Assembly: GCA_946965045.2 (NCBI GenBank)
Contig: OX337230.1
Coordinates: 806,001 to 870,000, forward strand
Length of the DNA stretch: 64,000 nt
Reading direction: 5' to 3'
Source: Epithemia pelagica
Taxonomy: Eukaryota > Protista > Bacillariophyta
The notes below the pieces were generated by a model. That model had not been told where the DNA came from, did no database searches, and saw only the letters and a list, made by a program, of their open reading frames with translations. The translations under genes were made by a program, and so were the position numbers. Positions 34,148 through 46,177 of this stretch are shown piece after piece (position 1 is the first letter of the stretch; every line of letters starts with the position of its first letter).

Positions 34148-34663
34148 ATTCCTGATCCCCTTGAACGATGGTACAAACAACATTCTACTGTTTACTGTTT
34201 GCTTTCCTCTCCGTCCGGAGGAAAGGAGAGAAGGTTGCCTTCAACAAGAGACGATTGCTGATTTTTCTTTTGCAACCTCTAACCGCGATTCCGGTTCGAT
34301 GAGTCGCGTGTAACCGCTTCTGAGTCGTGTTTAATCGGTGGACAGACAGACAGTTTGGTGGCAACCATCACTGATTTTTCTGTGTCTTGTCCGAAAAGAT
34401 CCTTATCCATTCTACTAAGGTATCAATGGACTTTTGTATCGAAGGGTTTGTGGCGTACTGAGGCGGGCTCATTCGTACCGTAGTAGCAATCGTTTCTCGT
34501 GTGTTCTAGAGAGAATGACGTGAATTGCGACAACGTTGACAAGGTGATTTTCGGTTGGATCCAAACTACCTACACAAGAATCGAAAAACCTGAAAGGAGA
34601 GGGAACCACGAAAAGTCTGATTCCTTCGTCTTGGTGTGAATTCTGGATTGGACAAGGCTCACA

Positions 34664-37600
34664 ATGTTACCGCTTGCAAGCAAGCTGTTGCATTCTCTGA
34701 AACGGAATCGGTTGCGTCATGTTCCCTCGGACAATGTTCGGCGTTCGTTTCTCCCAAGAAAATGGTCTCCTCTCTCGGCACAGCTAAGAACAACTGTTGT
34801 TCCGAGGCAGGGACACTGTCGTTGCTGGAGTACCAGAGCAAATTCCATGGACATGACAATGGATCGTCACGAATCATTGGATCGATCGTCGTCTCCCCAA
34901 CGACGCAACAGCAACAACAACAACAACAAGAAAACGCAGTACCAGCAAAAGCATTTTCCACAGTATTACAGTCCGGAACAATGGTCCGACTGTGTCGAAT
35001 CCACTCAATGGTTGTTGCATCATACCAGTAGTTGGAATACCTCTCGATTGCATTGGCGAGAAGCGCAACAATTGACCTTGTGGTGGCTCAAGCATGCCAA
35101 ACCATCACCATCCGTACCACCAGCACCAACCTCCAACCACCACAGTGTTGTTCCTCCACCCACCACCAACACACTCCACCATCCAGACGCGGCCGTCCAT
35201 CCATCACACCACCATGGCCCTCCACAGTCGTCGTCGTCATCGTCGTCGCCTCCAGTAGAAATGACTCAAGTGGTGAGTCCTTTGCGAATGGCCTTGCAAC
35301 TTTTGGAACGTGGATTTTACGAACAACAACAACAACAAATTCAACAGCAACAACACTACGGACAACCACCCACTACTCCGACACTACCACAGTACCAACA
35401 ACACCAACAACAACCACCACCATCCGCCTCCATGAATCAGAAGCACGAAAAGAATGGTTTGTTTTGGGAAGATCCCGCGGTGGTCGCTCGCATCATGACG
35501 GAATGTTGGAGACGAGAAGCGCGTCTTGCTGCCGCAACCAAACAGAATGGGGAAACCACCACTGACAACAACAACAACAACAACAATGAGAGCAATCCGG
35601 TGACAACTCCTGAAATTTCGGCCTCGACCGTGTCTTCTTCTGCCATGTCCGTGACGGAAGTTCAAGAATGGTTGGATCGGAACCAACCACATTTGCCCGA
35701 GGCGGTCCGAACCACATGGACCGACTTTTGGACCCACCACCAACAACGACACGACGACACAGGATTCTCCACGTCGTGGGAACGTGTCCGTTGGACACCT
35801 ACGACCAATATTTCGGGAACACGTCTGGTACAAGCTTTGGAACGTCTTGTGGCGGCGGCTAGTACGACACGAGACAACACTAACAATGACAGTGACGACG
35901 AGAAACAACAGGGCGTGACACGATCCCTGCATGTCTTGAACAATGCCTTGAAAGATGTCAAGTGTCGTGACAAGGGACGGACACACTTGCAAATTCTGGA
36001 TTTGCTATGGAAAATTCCACACCTTCAACCAACGCGTGAAACATACCATCTCGTCTTTGAGGGAATTGTTCGAGCCAATTTGCAACATGGTGTTTATAGC
36101 AAAACCTTTAACAAGGCTCGCCCCATGGATGGGACAGCCCATGAATTGGTCCGCTTGTATTACGAAATGTGGGACAAACAAGAACTGTTGAAACAAGAAG
36201 CTCTGGACAATAATGAAACGGTCTCCAAAACGTCATTGACCAAACTGTCGCCGAGCCAGTCACACTTGTATTTTGTCTTGGATACCATGGAACAAGAAGA
36301 AAGCGCAGCGTATGGAGACGATGCCTGGGATTTGTGGATGCACAATCTCAAACGACGTTCCAACGGAGAATTTTCAGTGGTACCCACGGGTGCCTTGGCG
36401 GAAAAAGTCTTGTGCATTCTCGCCCGCACCAATGTCCATGATGATTCAAATGACGACGACAGCAACGACAAGGAGGATGAGTTGGCCCGCCGAGCCGAAT
36501 CCATTCGACAATTCTTGTTGGAGGAACGTGAACGAGAGGAATTCCAAGACTACGAGGAATCCTCGTCGTCGTATGGCGAATTTGGAGTCGACGAGGACGA
36601 CAACCCACAAGGAGGGTCCTCCAAGGATGGCAATCCGACGCCAAACCAATGGGATCCACGAACACCGCGATTCTGGGATGCCTACATCAAATGCTTGACC
36701 AAGAATGGGAATCCCGCCTATTTGGAGTTGGCTGGAACAATTCTGGAAAAGGATGAAGGCACAATGATGACCCAAGAGGAGGGTCTGATTCGTCCTACCA
36801 ACAAGCTGTACGGATATGTTTTACGGGGATGGGCGCGAGCGGGAAATACCGATCGTATCCAATCTCTCTTTTTGTCCATGATGGATTCTGACCACCTACA
36901 ACCCGATACAAAGACCATTCTGGACGCTGTGATTGCCATGGTCGATGACGAAGCTTTGAGTGTGGCGGAAAAGGGTCAACGTATATCAGTTATATTGACC
37001 AAGGCGGCAGAAAGGACAAGTGTAGAGCCAGGCAAAGGGGAGGATTCCAGTTCCACCGAACGAAGCCTGGCGTCCCATCTTCTTCGAATGTTGTCGACAG
37101 CCAAACAATCCAAGGACGCCAAAAGGGCTGAGATTATTCTTCAGTGTCTCCTTCACCAACAAGAGGTTTCCGATGCATTGGAGCTGTCGGTTGAGGATTA
37201 TAGCTCTGTTATTACGGCACTATCTCGTTCCAGTAATGGCATTCCCAATGCACCACAACGAGCCGAATCAATACTCATGGAACTGATTCGACGGTCGGAT
37301 CAAGATGTTGAGAATCAAAGCCTGCAACCACCCGAGCATGCATTCACGTCTACCATTGCTTGTTGGGGTCGTACCAAGAGCAAGGACGACTCCTCGGCCA
37401 CGCGAGCGCAGAACATTTTTGATCTCTTGGTGAATCGGTATCACAAGGGCAAATCCCATGTACAACCTTCCTGTCGAGCATACACCGCCTTGATTCACGC
37501 CTGGGGAAATGCGGGCAAACCCAGTCGGGCCGAACATAGCCTGAACCAAATGTTGAGCGATTACGACAGTGGCAATGAATCGGCCAAACCCGATTTAGTG

Positions 37601-38368
37601 GCCTTTAACAGTGTCTTGAGCGCTTGGGAAAGGGCTTCGCGACAATCCAGTAAACATTCGGAGGGTGCGGAGGCAAACCGAAACGACCCCTACACACGAT
37701 CCTGTGCCATTGTCCAGCTCATGAACGATTTAAAAGACTCATCGTCCTTTGAAGTGGTTCCCGATGCCACAAGCTATGCCACGGTCATTGGTACGCTGAT
37801 TCATTCGGACCGATCCGACCGAGACGTGTTGGCACGGCAATGGCTCCAGGAAAGCATGGACCGCCACAAAGCAGGTTTGAAACAATGTCGACCGACACCG
37901 TACATGTATGGCGCCATGATCCAGGTCCTGGCCAAAACGCTTACTCCACATGCCCCAGGGTCCGTGGACCTTGCACTCGAGATGGAGCATTACTTGGATC
38001 AACTTTTGATGCACCCTGACTTTGATGGCCGTCAAGTGATGTTTGCCTATGATGCCGTTCTTCTAGCTTGGATGAAGTTAGCGGCTCAAGTTCCGGAAGC
38101 CGTTGACCACGCTCAAGCCTTGTTTGAACGTCTTGACGAAGTATCCGCCGGTCGACGGAAACGCCAGTCCAATGCCGGTACCAATCAGCAACATGTTCAA
38201 CCCGATGGGCACATGATATTCAAGCTGTTAATGACGTATGTTAATAGTTGCAATCTTGAGCCAGAAGATCGGCAAGGTAGAGCTCGCTGGGTGCAAGAAA
38301 AGATGAGCACCTATCGGATTCGAATGAGTCCCACTTTGCAGCGTCTCTTGGCGGAATGCAACGTGTGA
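34664..38368 (+). CDS. Pentatricopeptide-repeat (PPR)-like protein, probably organelle-targeted
   Basis: Arg/Ser-rich N-terminus; repeats such as LYGYVLRGWARAG, AYTALIHAWGNAG, PDLVAFNSVLSAW, PDATSYATVIG and PTPYMYGAMI. Confidence 0.85.
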   Translation: MLPLASKLLHSLKRNRLRHVPSDNVRRSFLPRKWSPLSAQLRTTVVPRQGHCRCWSTRANSMDMTMDRHESLDRSSSPQRRNSNNNNNKKTQYQQKHFPQYYSPEQWSDCVESTQWLLHHTSSWNTSRLHWREAQQLTLWWLKHAKPSPSVPPAPTSNHHSVVPPPTTNTLHHPDAAVHPSHHHGPPQSSSSSSSPPVEMTQVVSPLRMALQLLERGFYEQQQQQIQQQQHYGQPPTTPTLPQYQQHQQQPPPSASMNQKHEKNGLFWEDPAVVARIMTECWRREARLAAATKQNGETTTDNNNNNNNESNPVTTPEISASTVSSSAMSVTEVQEWLDRNQPHLPEAVRTTWTDFWTHHQQRHDDTGFSTSWERVRWTPTTNISGTRLVQALERLVAAASTTRDNTNNDSDDEKQQGVTRSLHVLNNALKDVKCRDKGRTHLQILDLLWKIPHLQPTRETYHLVFEGIVRANLQHGVYSKTFNKARPMDGTAHELVRLYYEMWDKQELLKQEALDNNETVSKTSLTKLSPSQSHLYFVLDTMEQEESAAYGDDAWDLWMHNLKRRSNGEFSVVPTGALAEKVLCILARTNVHDDSNDDDSNDKEDELARRAESIRQFLLEEREREEFQDYEESSSSYGEFGVDEDDNPQGGSSKDGNPTPNQWDPRTPRFWDAYIKCLTKNGNPAYLELAGTILEKDEGTMMTQEEGLIRPTNKLYGYVLRGWARAGNTDRIQSLFLSMMDSDHLQPDTKTILDAVIAMVDDEALSVAEKGQRISVILTKAAERTSVEPGKGEDSSSTERSLASHLLRMLSTAKQSKDAKRAEIILQCLLHQQEVSDALELSVEDYSSVITALSRSSNGIPNAPQRAESILMELIRRSDQDVENQSLQPPEHAFTSTIACWGRTKSKDDSSATRAQNIFDLLVNRYHKGKSHVQPSCRAYTALIHAWGNAGKPSRAEHSLNQMLSDYDSGNESAKPDLVAFNSVLSAWERASRQSSKHSEGAEANRNDPYTRSCAIVQLMNDLKDSSSFEVVPDATSYATVIGTLIHSDRSDRDVLARQWLQESMDRHKAGLKQCRPTPYMYGAMIQVLAKTLTPHAPGSVDLALEMEHYLDQLLMHPDFDGRQVMFAYDAVLLAWMKLAAQVPEAVDHAQALFERLDEVSAGRRKRQSNAGTNQQHVQPDGHMIFKLLMTYVNSCNLEPEDRQGRARWVQEKMSTYRIRMSPTLQRLLAECNV

Positions 38369-38901
38369 GTGACGTCACATGTCGAGGTTAAAAGGATGAA
38401 TGGGAACACTTTTGAAGATGTTTACGAACCATAGTCCGTGGGCTCTCAAGAAGATGCAAAATAGACACAGGTACGGTTCAAGAAGAGCGACTCGGGAAAG
38501 GTTTCTTTGTTCTTTTCTCCTCCCTTCTGGCAACCTTATAGGGGTACCTACTAAATCAACCACATCCCTTTGTAAGCAGTAGGATAACGAGCGGCTGAAT
38601 CATCTGAAGTTGTCTCTGGCTTCTCGAAACGATCTCTTTCATCGTTACTAAGCTGGATTAACCATGGTCTTTGCTTTCACCGTTGCGCGGAGTTCGTAAG
38701 CCGAGGTAGTAAAGGTAGCTCTCTCTCGCCGCGGTGAGTCCCGTCGTGATTTCCACTCTCTCTTTCTTCGTCATTTCTGCATGACACAATTGTCACGTGT
38801 TGGACGATTGCCGAGATAAGACGTCAGACTCTTTGGACACATCCTCTTGAGTGATTGGAAAGAAAGAGAATTGGTTGTGGCCTAGTTGGAAGCGCAACAG
38901 A

Positions 38902-40152
38902 ATGTCGAATCCATCCGTCTTTGAAAATTCGGCGGCGGCCTCCTCTGCCGATTCCACCCTGATGGCGGCATCGTCGTCCTTCAAGCTTTTGGATACGATT
39001 ACAATATGGATGTTCCGCTTTGGAGCCGTGATTGTATCCTTGGTCGCCATGGCTGGGGGATTGCTCTATGCCAATCAGGAATCGCTCTTGTATTTACCAA
39101 CCGTGCAAGGACAAATCCCCCGTTACACACGAGACAATCCACAAGGCTTTCGTACTCCGTCCGAAAGGGGCGTCCAACATTGGTTCAATGTACGCATTCC
39201 CACGACAGATGGGATTAAGATTCATGCCTGGTATTTGGTCCATCCAGTAGCCCTGCAACCGTCTCAATCTACAAAATTGCCCACGATTGTCTTTTTTCAT
39301 GGCAACGCTGGAAACATTGGACTTCGACTGCCGAATGCCATTCAAATGATGCAGCACTTGACGTGCAATGTCATGTTGGTGGAATATCGTGGATATGGCG
39401 ATAGTGATACAAAATCGCCAACAGAAGAAGGGCTCAAGAAAGATGCACAAGCAGCCTACGATTGGGTTGCTTCCGTGGCCAACGGATCGTCCTCCGAAGC
39501 AGAAGTCAAGGCTTCGACTCCCGAATTGGAACAGCTCCAAACGGCTCATTTTATTGATTCGACAAAGCTTTACTTGTTTGGAAGATCTCTCGGTGGTGCT
39601 GTGGCATTTTCGTTGGCCGAACATGCGTCCAAACACAGCCACAAGCTACCTGCACTGGCTGGATTGATTGTCGAGAATACCTTTCTTAACATTTCGGCCA
39701 TGGTGGACCGGATCTTTCCCTTCCTCAAGGCTATTAAACCCTACGTGTTGCGCATGGATTGGAATTCCCAAAAAATTGCTTCCAGTTTGATGCAGACGCC
39801 CATTTTGTACTTGGCGGGAGAAAAGGACGAACTTGTGCCCTTTCAACACATGCAAATTCTCTATCAGACCAGTCTCGTCGTGGCTGGCAATCCCAACACG
39901 CACATGCACACCATTCCCAATGGTACACACAACGAATCGTGGCATCAAGGAGGGAGTGAATATTGGAAGGCCATTCGACACTTTTTGTCTCAATCTCCCG
40001 TAGCAGTACCCACTAAACCTGCAACTACCATTGGCTCTTCCCAATCACAATCGGACGATGCAAATTCCATCCCTATCATGAGCCAAAACATGGCCGACAT
40101 GGCCCGAGGAGCCTTTTCGGCGTCCTCCAGTAGTGATAAAAAGAAATCTTAG
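38902..40152 (+). CDS. Alpha/beta-hydrolase, ABHD13/BEM46-like
   Basis: N-terminal TM then QESLLYLP; FFHGNAGNIG, YRGYGDS, GRSLGG nucleophile elbow, DELVP and HNE catalytic His. Confidence 0.9.
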   Translation: MSNPSVFENSAAASSADSTLMAASSSFKLLDTITIWMFRFGAVIVSLVAMAGGLLYANQESLLYLPTVQGQIPRYTRDNPQGFRTPSERGVQHWFNVRIPTTDGIKIHAWYLVHPVALQPSQSTKLPTIVFFHGNAGNIGLRLPNAIQMMQHLTCNVMLVEYRGYGDSDTKSPTEEGLKKDAQAAYDWVASVANGSSSEAEVKASTPELEQLQTAHFIDSTKLYLFGRSLGGAVAFSLAEHASKHSHKLPALAGLIVENTFLNISAMVDRIFPFLKAIKPYVLRMDWNSQKIASSLMQTPILYLAGEKDELVPFQHMQILYQTSLVVAGNPNTHMHTIPNGTHNESWHQGGSEYWKAIRHFLSQSPVAVPTKPATTIGSSQSQSDDANSIPIMSQNMADMARGAFSASSSSDKKKS

Positions 40153-40504
40153 GGCTTTTTGTAAACGGGAGTAACACAGTTTGTGCTTTGAGCAAACGGT
40201 CGCAGTCCACTTTATGTAAGACTCATATTCAGCCGATATGTGCGAAGGGGCATTCTTGATTGACTGCGAAGGAGCACTCTTGATTGACTAACATCCTCTC
40301 TCCTCTCACAGAATACGCAAGAAAAGGTCGACACACATTTCCACAGAAGACATTCTGTCCCAGAGAGAATTTCCAGAAAAAGGTCTGGTTTTGCGGTGGT
40401 CCCTGTTCTTGGTTTCTATCATTGTCGATGAAAAGCTCCACCCTGGGGGTTCAAAAATTTGTTTTTCCACATGCAGCTCTTGGTTGAGCAACCAGCTCAT
40501 AGAC

Positions 40505-41158
40505 CTACCCCTCTAGTATGCTTTTGCTACTTTCCATATACGCAGCAGCCCCTCCCAGTGTCATCCAGGGTGGTGGTCTTTCTCGAATTTGTTCCAGTGC
40601 CCTAAATGTTGCATACGGCAATCCACTTTTGGGTTCGGTATACAAGGCCTCCATGCCCGTCACGGGGCAAAACTTGCGACGGGGAACTTGTTCTCGCTCG
40701 TCCAGGGTTGCTTCTGCTTGCAAAAATTCTTTTGCAACCGAATCCTCTCGTCCTGCCTCTTCGATTAAAATGGATGCCAATGTCCGGGGCAAGAATTTCT
40801 TGGGCAGTGTTCCAGCCTTGGCCTTGGAGCTGGTGCGTCGCTTGGGACCCTTTTTGGCACCACGACCTTGCTCAAGCTCATTCAACTCATTGTACTCTTC
40901 TTCGTCGTCTACAGCCACGACGGGATCCACACCCTCCAGAGCATCCATCCATACCGCATATCGGTATTCTTCGTTCTCACCACCAGATGCCGAGAGATGG
41001 TCCACCTTACGTGCCTTGGCACGACGTTCATTCTTCTTGTGACGATCCGACCGGCGTTTCAAGGGTCGATTTTGTAAGGCGGGAGGGAGAGCCGCACTTC
41101 CGGCAGTTGCCTTCATGGCCTCATTCCAGGCCTTTCGTGCTGCACTCTGAGTTGCCAT
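40505..41158 (-). CDS. SWC6/Vps71 (ZNHIT1)-like or Ies6-like chromatin-remodeller subunit with a YL1_C-type C-terminus
   Basis: RRKFCPVTGMEALYTEPKSGLPY (YL1_C-like), preceded by a basic/acidic DALE...IEE...FLQAEA region resembling SWC6. Confidence 0.6.
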   Translation of the reverse strand: MATQSAARKAWNEAMKATAGSAALPPALQNRPLKRRSDRHKKNERRAKARKVDHLSASGGENEEYRYAVWMDALEGVDPVVAVDDEEEYNELNELEQGRGAKKGPKRRTSSKAKAGTLPKKFLPRTLASILIEEAGREDSVAKEFLQAEATLDEREQVPRRKFCPVTGMEALYTEPKSGLPYATFRALEQIRERPPPWMTLGGAAAYMESSKSILEG

Positions 41159-41526
41159 CGTCTTTTCGATTGTCGTTCTTGGTTAGTGTCGAAATTTGGA
41201 TCTATCTGTTGCCTTCCAGTCGCGTATAACTAGTGTGACTGGAAGCCACTGATTTGGTTCGTGCGTCGTGGGACCCGAGTGACACCCGCCAACCGCGCCA
41301 AAATTTGGAGGGATGATGTACGCGCCGGCCGATCCACAATGTCACATAGAATCTGTTTCGGAACCGGGCGAGAGAGTTGACCATGGGCTTTGCATGAACG
41401 CAGAGAGAAAGGACATTCCGAAAACCCAGGAAACGTAACAAGCTCCAGTGAAATTCAATCTATTGTAGCTGAGAAAACAAGACAACTTGTCTCCTTGATT
41501 GTTCACCACCGACACAAAAGTTCAAC

Positions 41527-44500
41527 ATGGCGGAAGAAGCTGAAAACAACGTCATGGAATCTCCATCGCCACCACCAAAGTCTACACCGCGACTTATGAT
41601 CACCAAAATGGTACGTTTTTGATCAGGAGATGATATTATATACGCTTCTAGTTGGGCATTTCCTCAACCATAGAAATTTCTTCCACACTTCCAGGTGTTG
41701 GAGAATTTCAAGTCGTATGCTGGGAAGCAAGAGATTGGACCATTCCATCACTGTTTCAGCTCAGTGATCGGCCCCAATGGATCCGGAAAGTCCAATGTTA
41801 TTGATGCCATGCTCTTTGTATTTGGAAAACGGGCCAAGCAATTGCGTCTCAACAAAGTTTCCGAGCTTATTCACAAAAGTGATCAATGCTCACCCACTGC
41901 AGCCACTGTCACTGTGTACATGGAGGAAATTATCGATCTCCCACCGCCCTCCACCACAGAGACTGGGAGAGAGTCATACACCTCACAATCCGTGGACCCT
42001 CTCCCATACGAGATTGTTCCGAATTCGCAGGTAATCTTGTCTCGTACCGCCAAAAGCGACAACTCGTCCGTATACAAACTCAATGGGAAGACCACACAAT
42101 TCCGGGACATTAACGCCTTTCTGAATACCAAAGGAATCGATCTCGAACACAATCGATTCCTTATTCTTCAGGGGGAAGTTGAACTCATTGCAATGATGCC
42201 TCCAAAGGCCAAGAACGAAGGGGACAATGACGGTTTGTTGGAATACCTCGAAGACATTATTGGATCTCACACATTTGTGCCGGCCACACAAGAGGCCGCA
42301 GAAAAAATCGAAGCATTGGGAGTGACACGCCAGGAGAGGTTAAATCGAGTCAAGGCGGCGCAAAACGAAACGAAATCCCTGGAGGGGGCCAAGAAAGAAG
42401 CGCAGCAGCTCCTGAGGAAAGAACGAGCCATTCGTCAGGAACAAAGCAAGCTCTATCAACGAGAACGTTTGATCGTTCAACGCAAATCCGCTTCCCTCGC
42501 AACAAAGAAAGAAGAGCTTGACACTGAAATAGAACAATATCGTGAAAAAACAAGCGGTGCATCAAGTGAACTAGAAGAATTGATGGAACGACATGAAGAG
42601 TTTCGTGTCGAATACAATAAAGCCAATGACGAACTTGAGAAGACACAACAAGAATTTTCGGCCTTTGAACGTAGGGATATTAAACTCCGCGAAGCCGTCA
42701 AACACACGAAACAAACAATTAAAGATTGGGAGAAAAAAGTGGCGGAACACGAGAAAAAGCAAAACACTGCACAGCGAAAACACGATTCCGCGGTGGAACG
42801 AATTCCGGAACTCGAGAAGCAGATTGAGGATTTAAAAGCAAGCAAGCTGGAAGAGGAAGCTATTCTGGAAGAAATCCAGGAAGAAACGCGGCATGCCACT
42901 CATAAGCTCCGAAGTGAGCTAGAAGCCAAGACCGAAGCCCTGGCCCCTTTGATGCAAGATCGAACAGCCCGTCAAACAGCTTTGGACACGGCCCAGACAG
43001 AACTCAACTTGATTCAAGATGCCACCCGTGAGGCACAAAAACGTCTGGAAGACGCGACACAGGAACTTGCCAATCTAGAAGACAATCATGAGAAAAAGAA
43101 AGAAGCACTTCGAGAACACCAGACAACAATTGACGAGAGTAAAAAGCAACTAGATTCGCTTCAAACTGAAGACCACAATTTAGCCGATGAAGAAGCCCAG
43201 TTGTCACGAAAGCATAAATCGCAACTGGTAAGTTTCATCATTTCAAATTTAAGGTTATGTTATGAGTCCTCACGTTTTTTCGTTTGTTTGTCAACTTCAA
43301 GGCTCGGACTGAAGACGCGAAAGCTGCACTGCAGTCGAAAGGAGGTCCAAAGTCATCACCGTCAGTCCAGGCTATACTCAAAGCGGCAAGATCGGGAGGA
43401 CCACTTGCAAAGGTTGGGGTACTGGGTCGTCTTGGGGACATGGCAACCATCGACGCCAAGTATGATGTCGCAGTATCAACCGCTTGCGGGTGTCTCGACT
43501 ACGTTGTTGTCCAAACTACGGCTGGTGCACAAAGATGCATTGAGTTTCTCCGGCATCACAACATTGGCCGCGCCAATTTTATCCCTTTGGACAAAATGAA
43601 GAAAGGGGCCCATGATCGAGTTGTTGAAACACCGGAAAGAGCTCCCCGTCTACTGGAATTAATTCAGCCTCTTCAAAAGCACAACTACGCAAGCGTCATG
43701 TCGGCTGTCTTTCTTGGCGTCAGCGATACCCTTGTTGCACCTGACCTGGAAACGGCGACACGGTGGGCTTATGACTTTGGCAAGCGATGGCGTGTTGTTA
43801 CTCTTGACGGAAAACTGCTCGAGACAGCGGGTACTATGACGGGTGGCGGAAAACACGTCAGGAAAGGCGGTATGAAGCTCTCAGTAAGTTTCTCATTGTT
43901 CACTATCGTATATCAATCGTTCTATCTCTGACATATGCTTGTGTATCAGAATTCTCGTGCCACCGCCAGTGCCATCGATGAAGACGACAGCTTCGATATG
44001 GACGTAAAAACCTTGGAGATAGAATTGGGAAAAACCGAGAATCGACTTCGTGAAATACGTCAACAACGCAAAGATCTTACTGATCAGATTAACAAATTGA
44101 AGCGCCAAATCAAGGATGTCGAGAAGCGTCTTCCCAAGTTGACAATGGAGATCGAATCGTTTCATACAACAAGAGAGAACCTAACGAATCTCATTCCGCA
44201 GCTGAAGGAACGGTCAATGATGTCGTCAGAGCAAAAACAGAAAGAAGAAGAAATGGCTGAAAAGATCGAACTTTTGCAAGGGGAACTGGACGACTGCATT
44301 AACCAGGCGTCCGAGCTCGAATCTGAAGTACATAAGCTACAAAAGTCAATTCTAGATGCCGGGGGAAAGCGGCTGAAAACACAATCCACAAAATGTGAAG
44401 ATATATCGACTGAATTGAAAGAAAGCGAGAAAGAGCTCTCGTCCTCAAAGGTCGCCATTACATCCTCTCAAAAGGCTATGAAAAAGGCAAGTGAAGCGAA

Positions 44501-45957
44501 AGCAAACGCCGAAAAGGAACTAGAGGAAGCGCGATCGTTGCTCGAAGAGAAGCAACAGGAACTGAAATCGCTGGAAGATGATGCTTTTGCAGTGACTGAG
44601 GCATTCGAAAAGGTCAAAGAACTTGCGGCAGAGAAGAAATCGGAGCTGGATAGTATTGCCAATTCCGTTGAGAAGGCCAAGAAGTCCCTCGCGGGTCTTC
44701 AAGGAAAGGAAGTCGAATTGGTAAGCCAAGTGGACGCTATCACCGAAAAGCTCTCGCAGTATTCCGACAGTATCACGGCGTGGGATCGATCCTTAGACGA
44801 GCTTATTGAGACTGCAAAGAAGACCGAACGTGATCTCTGGGAAGACGAAGAGGAAGAAGCCAGTGGCGGAGAGGACGAACCAGACAACACAGCAGATGAT
44901 GTCGAGATGAAGGATGTAGAAATTGACGATAAGGAAGACGAAGAGTTGAAAGATGTTGATATGGATGACAACGAAGAGGAAGAAAATGACGAACAACAGT
45001 CTTATGAGGCCAGTATAACGGCATTCTATCCAACATACAATGAACGTGCTCTTGATCGATATGATTCTGAAGAGCTCCGGAACAAAATTTCAAAGCTCGA
45101 GGCGGAGCGTAAATCGTTAGCGAATGATGTCCATTTGGGAGCCATAGCGGAGTATCGTAAGAAGGAGAAAGAATATATGGCAAGGTAAGATCCCAGTATC
45201 GTTGATGCTCCTCGTTAATGTTTTCTCTTCTTACTTCTAACATTCTTGCCATCGTAGGATTAAAGAACTTGACGAAGTTACAGAGGAGCGAAACCTTGTG
45301 CGCCGAGAATTTGAAGAGTTGAGGCGAAAGCGTCTCGAAATGTTCATGGAAGGGTTCAACCAGATTTCTTATAAATTGAAAGAAATGTATCAAATGATTA
45401 CTTTGGGTGGCGATGCAGAACTTGAGCTCGTTGATTCACTGGACCCATTTGCTGAAGGCATTGTCTTCTCGGTGCGCCCTCCGAAGAAAAGTTGGAAGAA
45501 CATCAGTAACTTATCGGGTGGCGAGAAAACGCTGTCATCTCTGGCACTTGTTTTTGCACTTCATCATTACAAGCCTACACCCCTGTATGTTATGGATGAG
45601 GTCGACGCAGCGCTTGACTATAAGAATGTCTCCATTGTCGGAAACTACATCAAAGAACGGACTCGAGATGCACAATTCATTATCATTTCGCTTCGCAACA
45701 ACATGTTTGAACTGGCCGATCGGCTAGTGGGAGTTTACAAGACCTTTAATTGCTCGAAATCCATCGCCGTGAATCCGGCTTCCTTCGGCATCGAATGTCA
45801 GCAAAATGGGATTAGTGCCACTCCAGCTCTTCGAAATCGATCCAATTCCATGGCCCCAAACCAGAGTACATCGAAGATGGGTGGAGGTAGGCCAAGTGTG
45901 CCTTCCACACCAATGGTCATTGCTCCTTCCAACCATCCGTCTCCAAAGGAAAACTAA
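41527..45957 (+). CDS. SMC4: Structural maintenance of chromosomes protein 4 (condensin), 5 exons
   Basis: LENFKSYAG, Walker A GPNGSGKSN, hinge GRLGDM...VTLDG, LSGGEKT and DEVDAALD. Introns 41611-41694, 43228-43301, 43884-43949 and 45185-45257 all keep frame. Confidence 0.96.
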
Positions 45958-46177
45958 GCAGGTGTCTTTGAGACTGGCACTGTTTGGATTTGGCGGTGGT
46001 TTGAACTGAGAATTCATTTCTAGTGCGTCAATCGCGTAACTTCGCTTTAATTCCCTTTGTGTCATACTGACAGATCCAGACTTTAGTCTTCTGGTAGGTA
46101 CTTCTATGTAAAAGGCAGGAAGCATTGAAATCATATGGGAGCATAGAATTGCCTGGACTAAAAACCCGAGTTACCTA

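Larger units (their letters stand above)
30366..34185 (-). repeat. Right arm of inverted segmental duplication
   Basis: Reverse-complement match to 20397-23861 joined directly to a match to 16724-16992; lacks the CDPK cassette. Confidence 0.93.
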
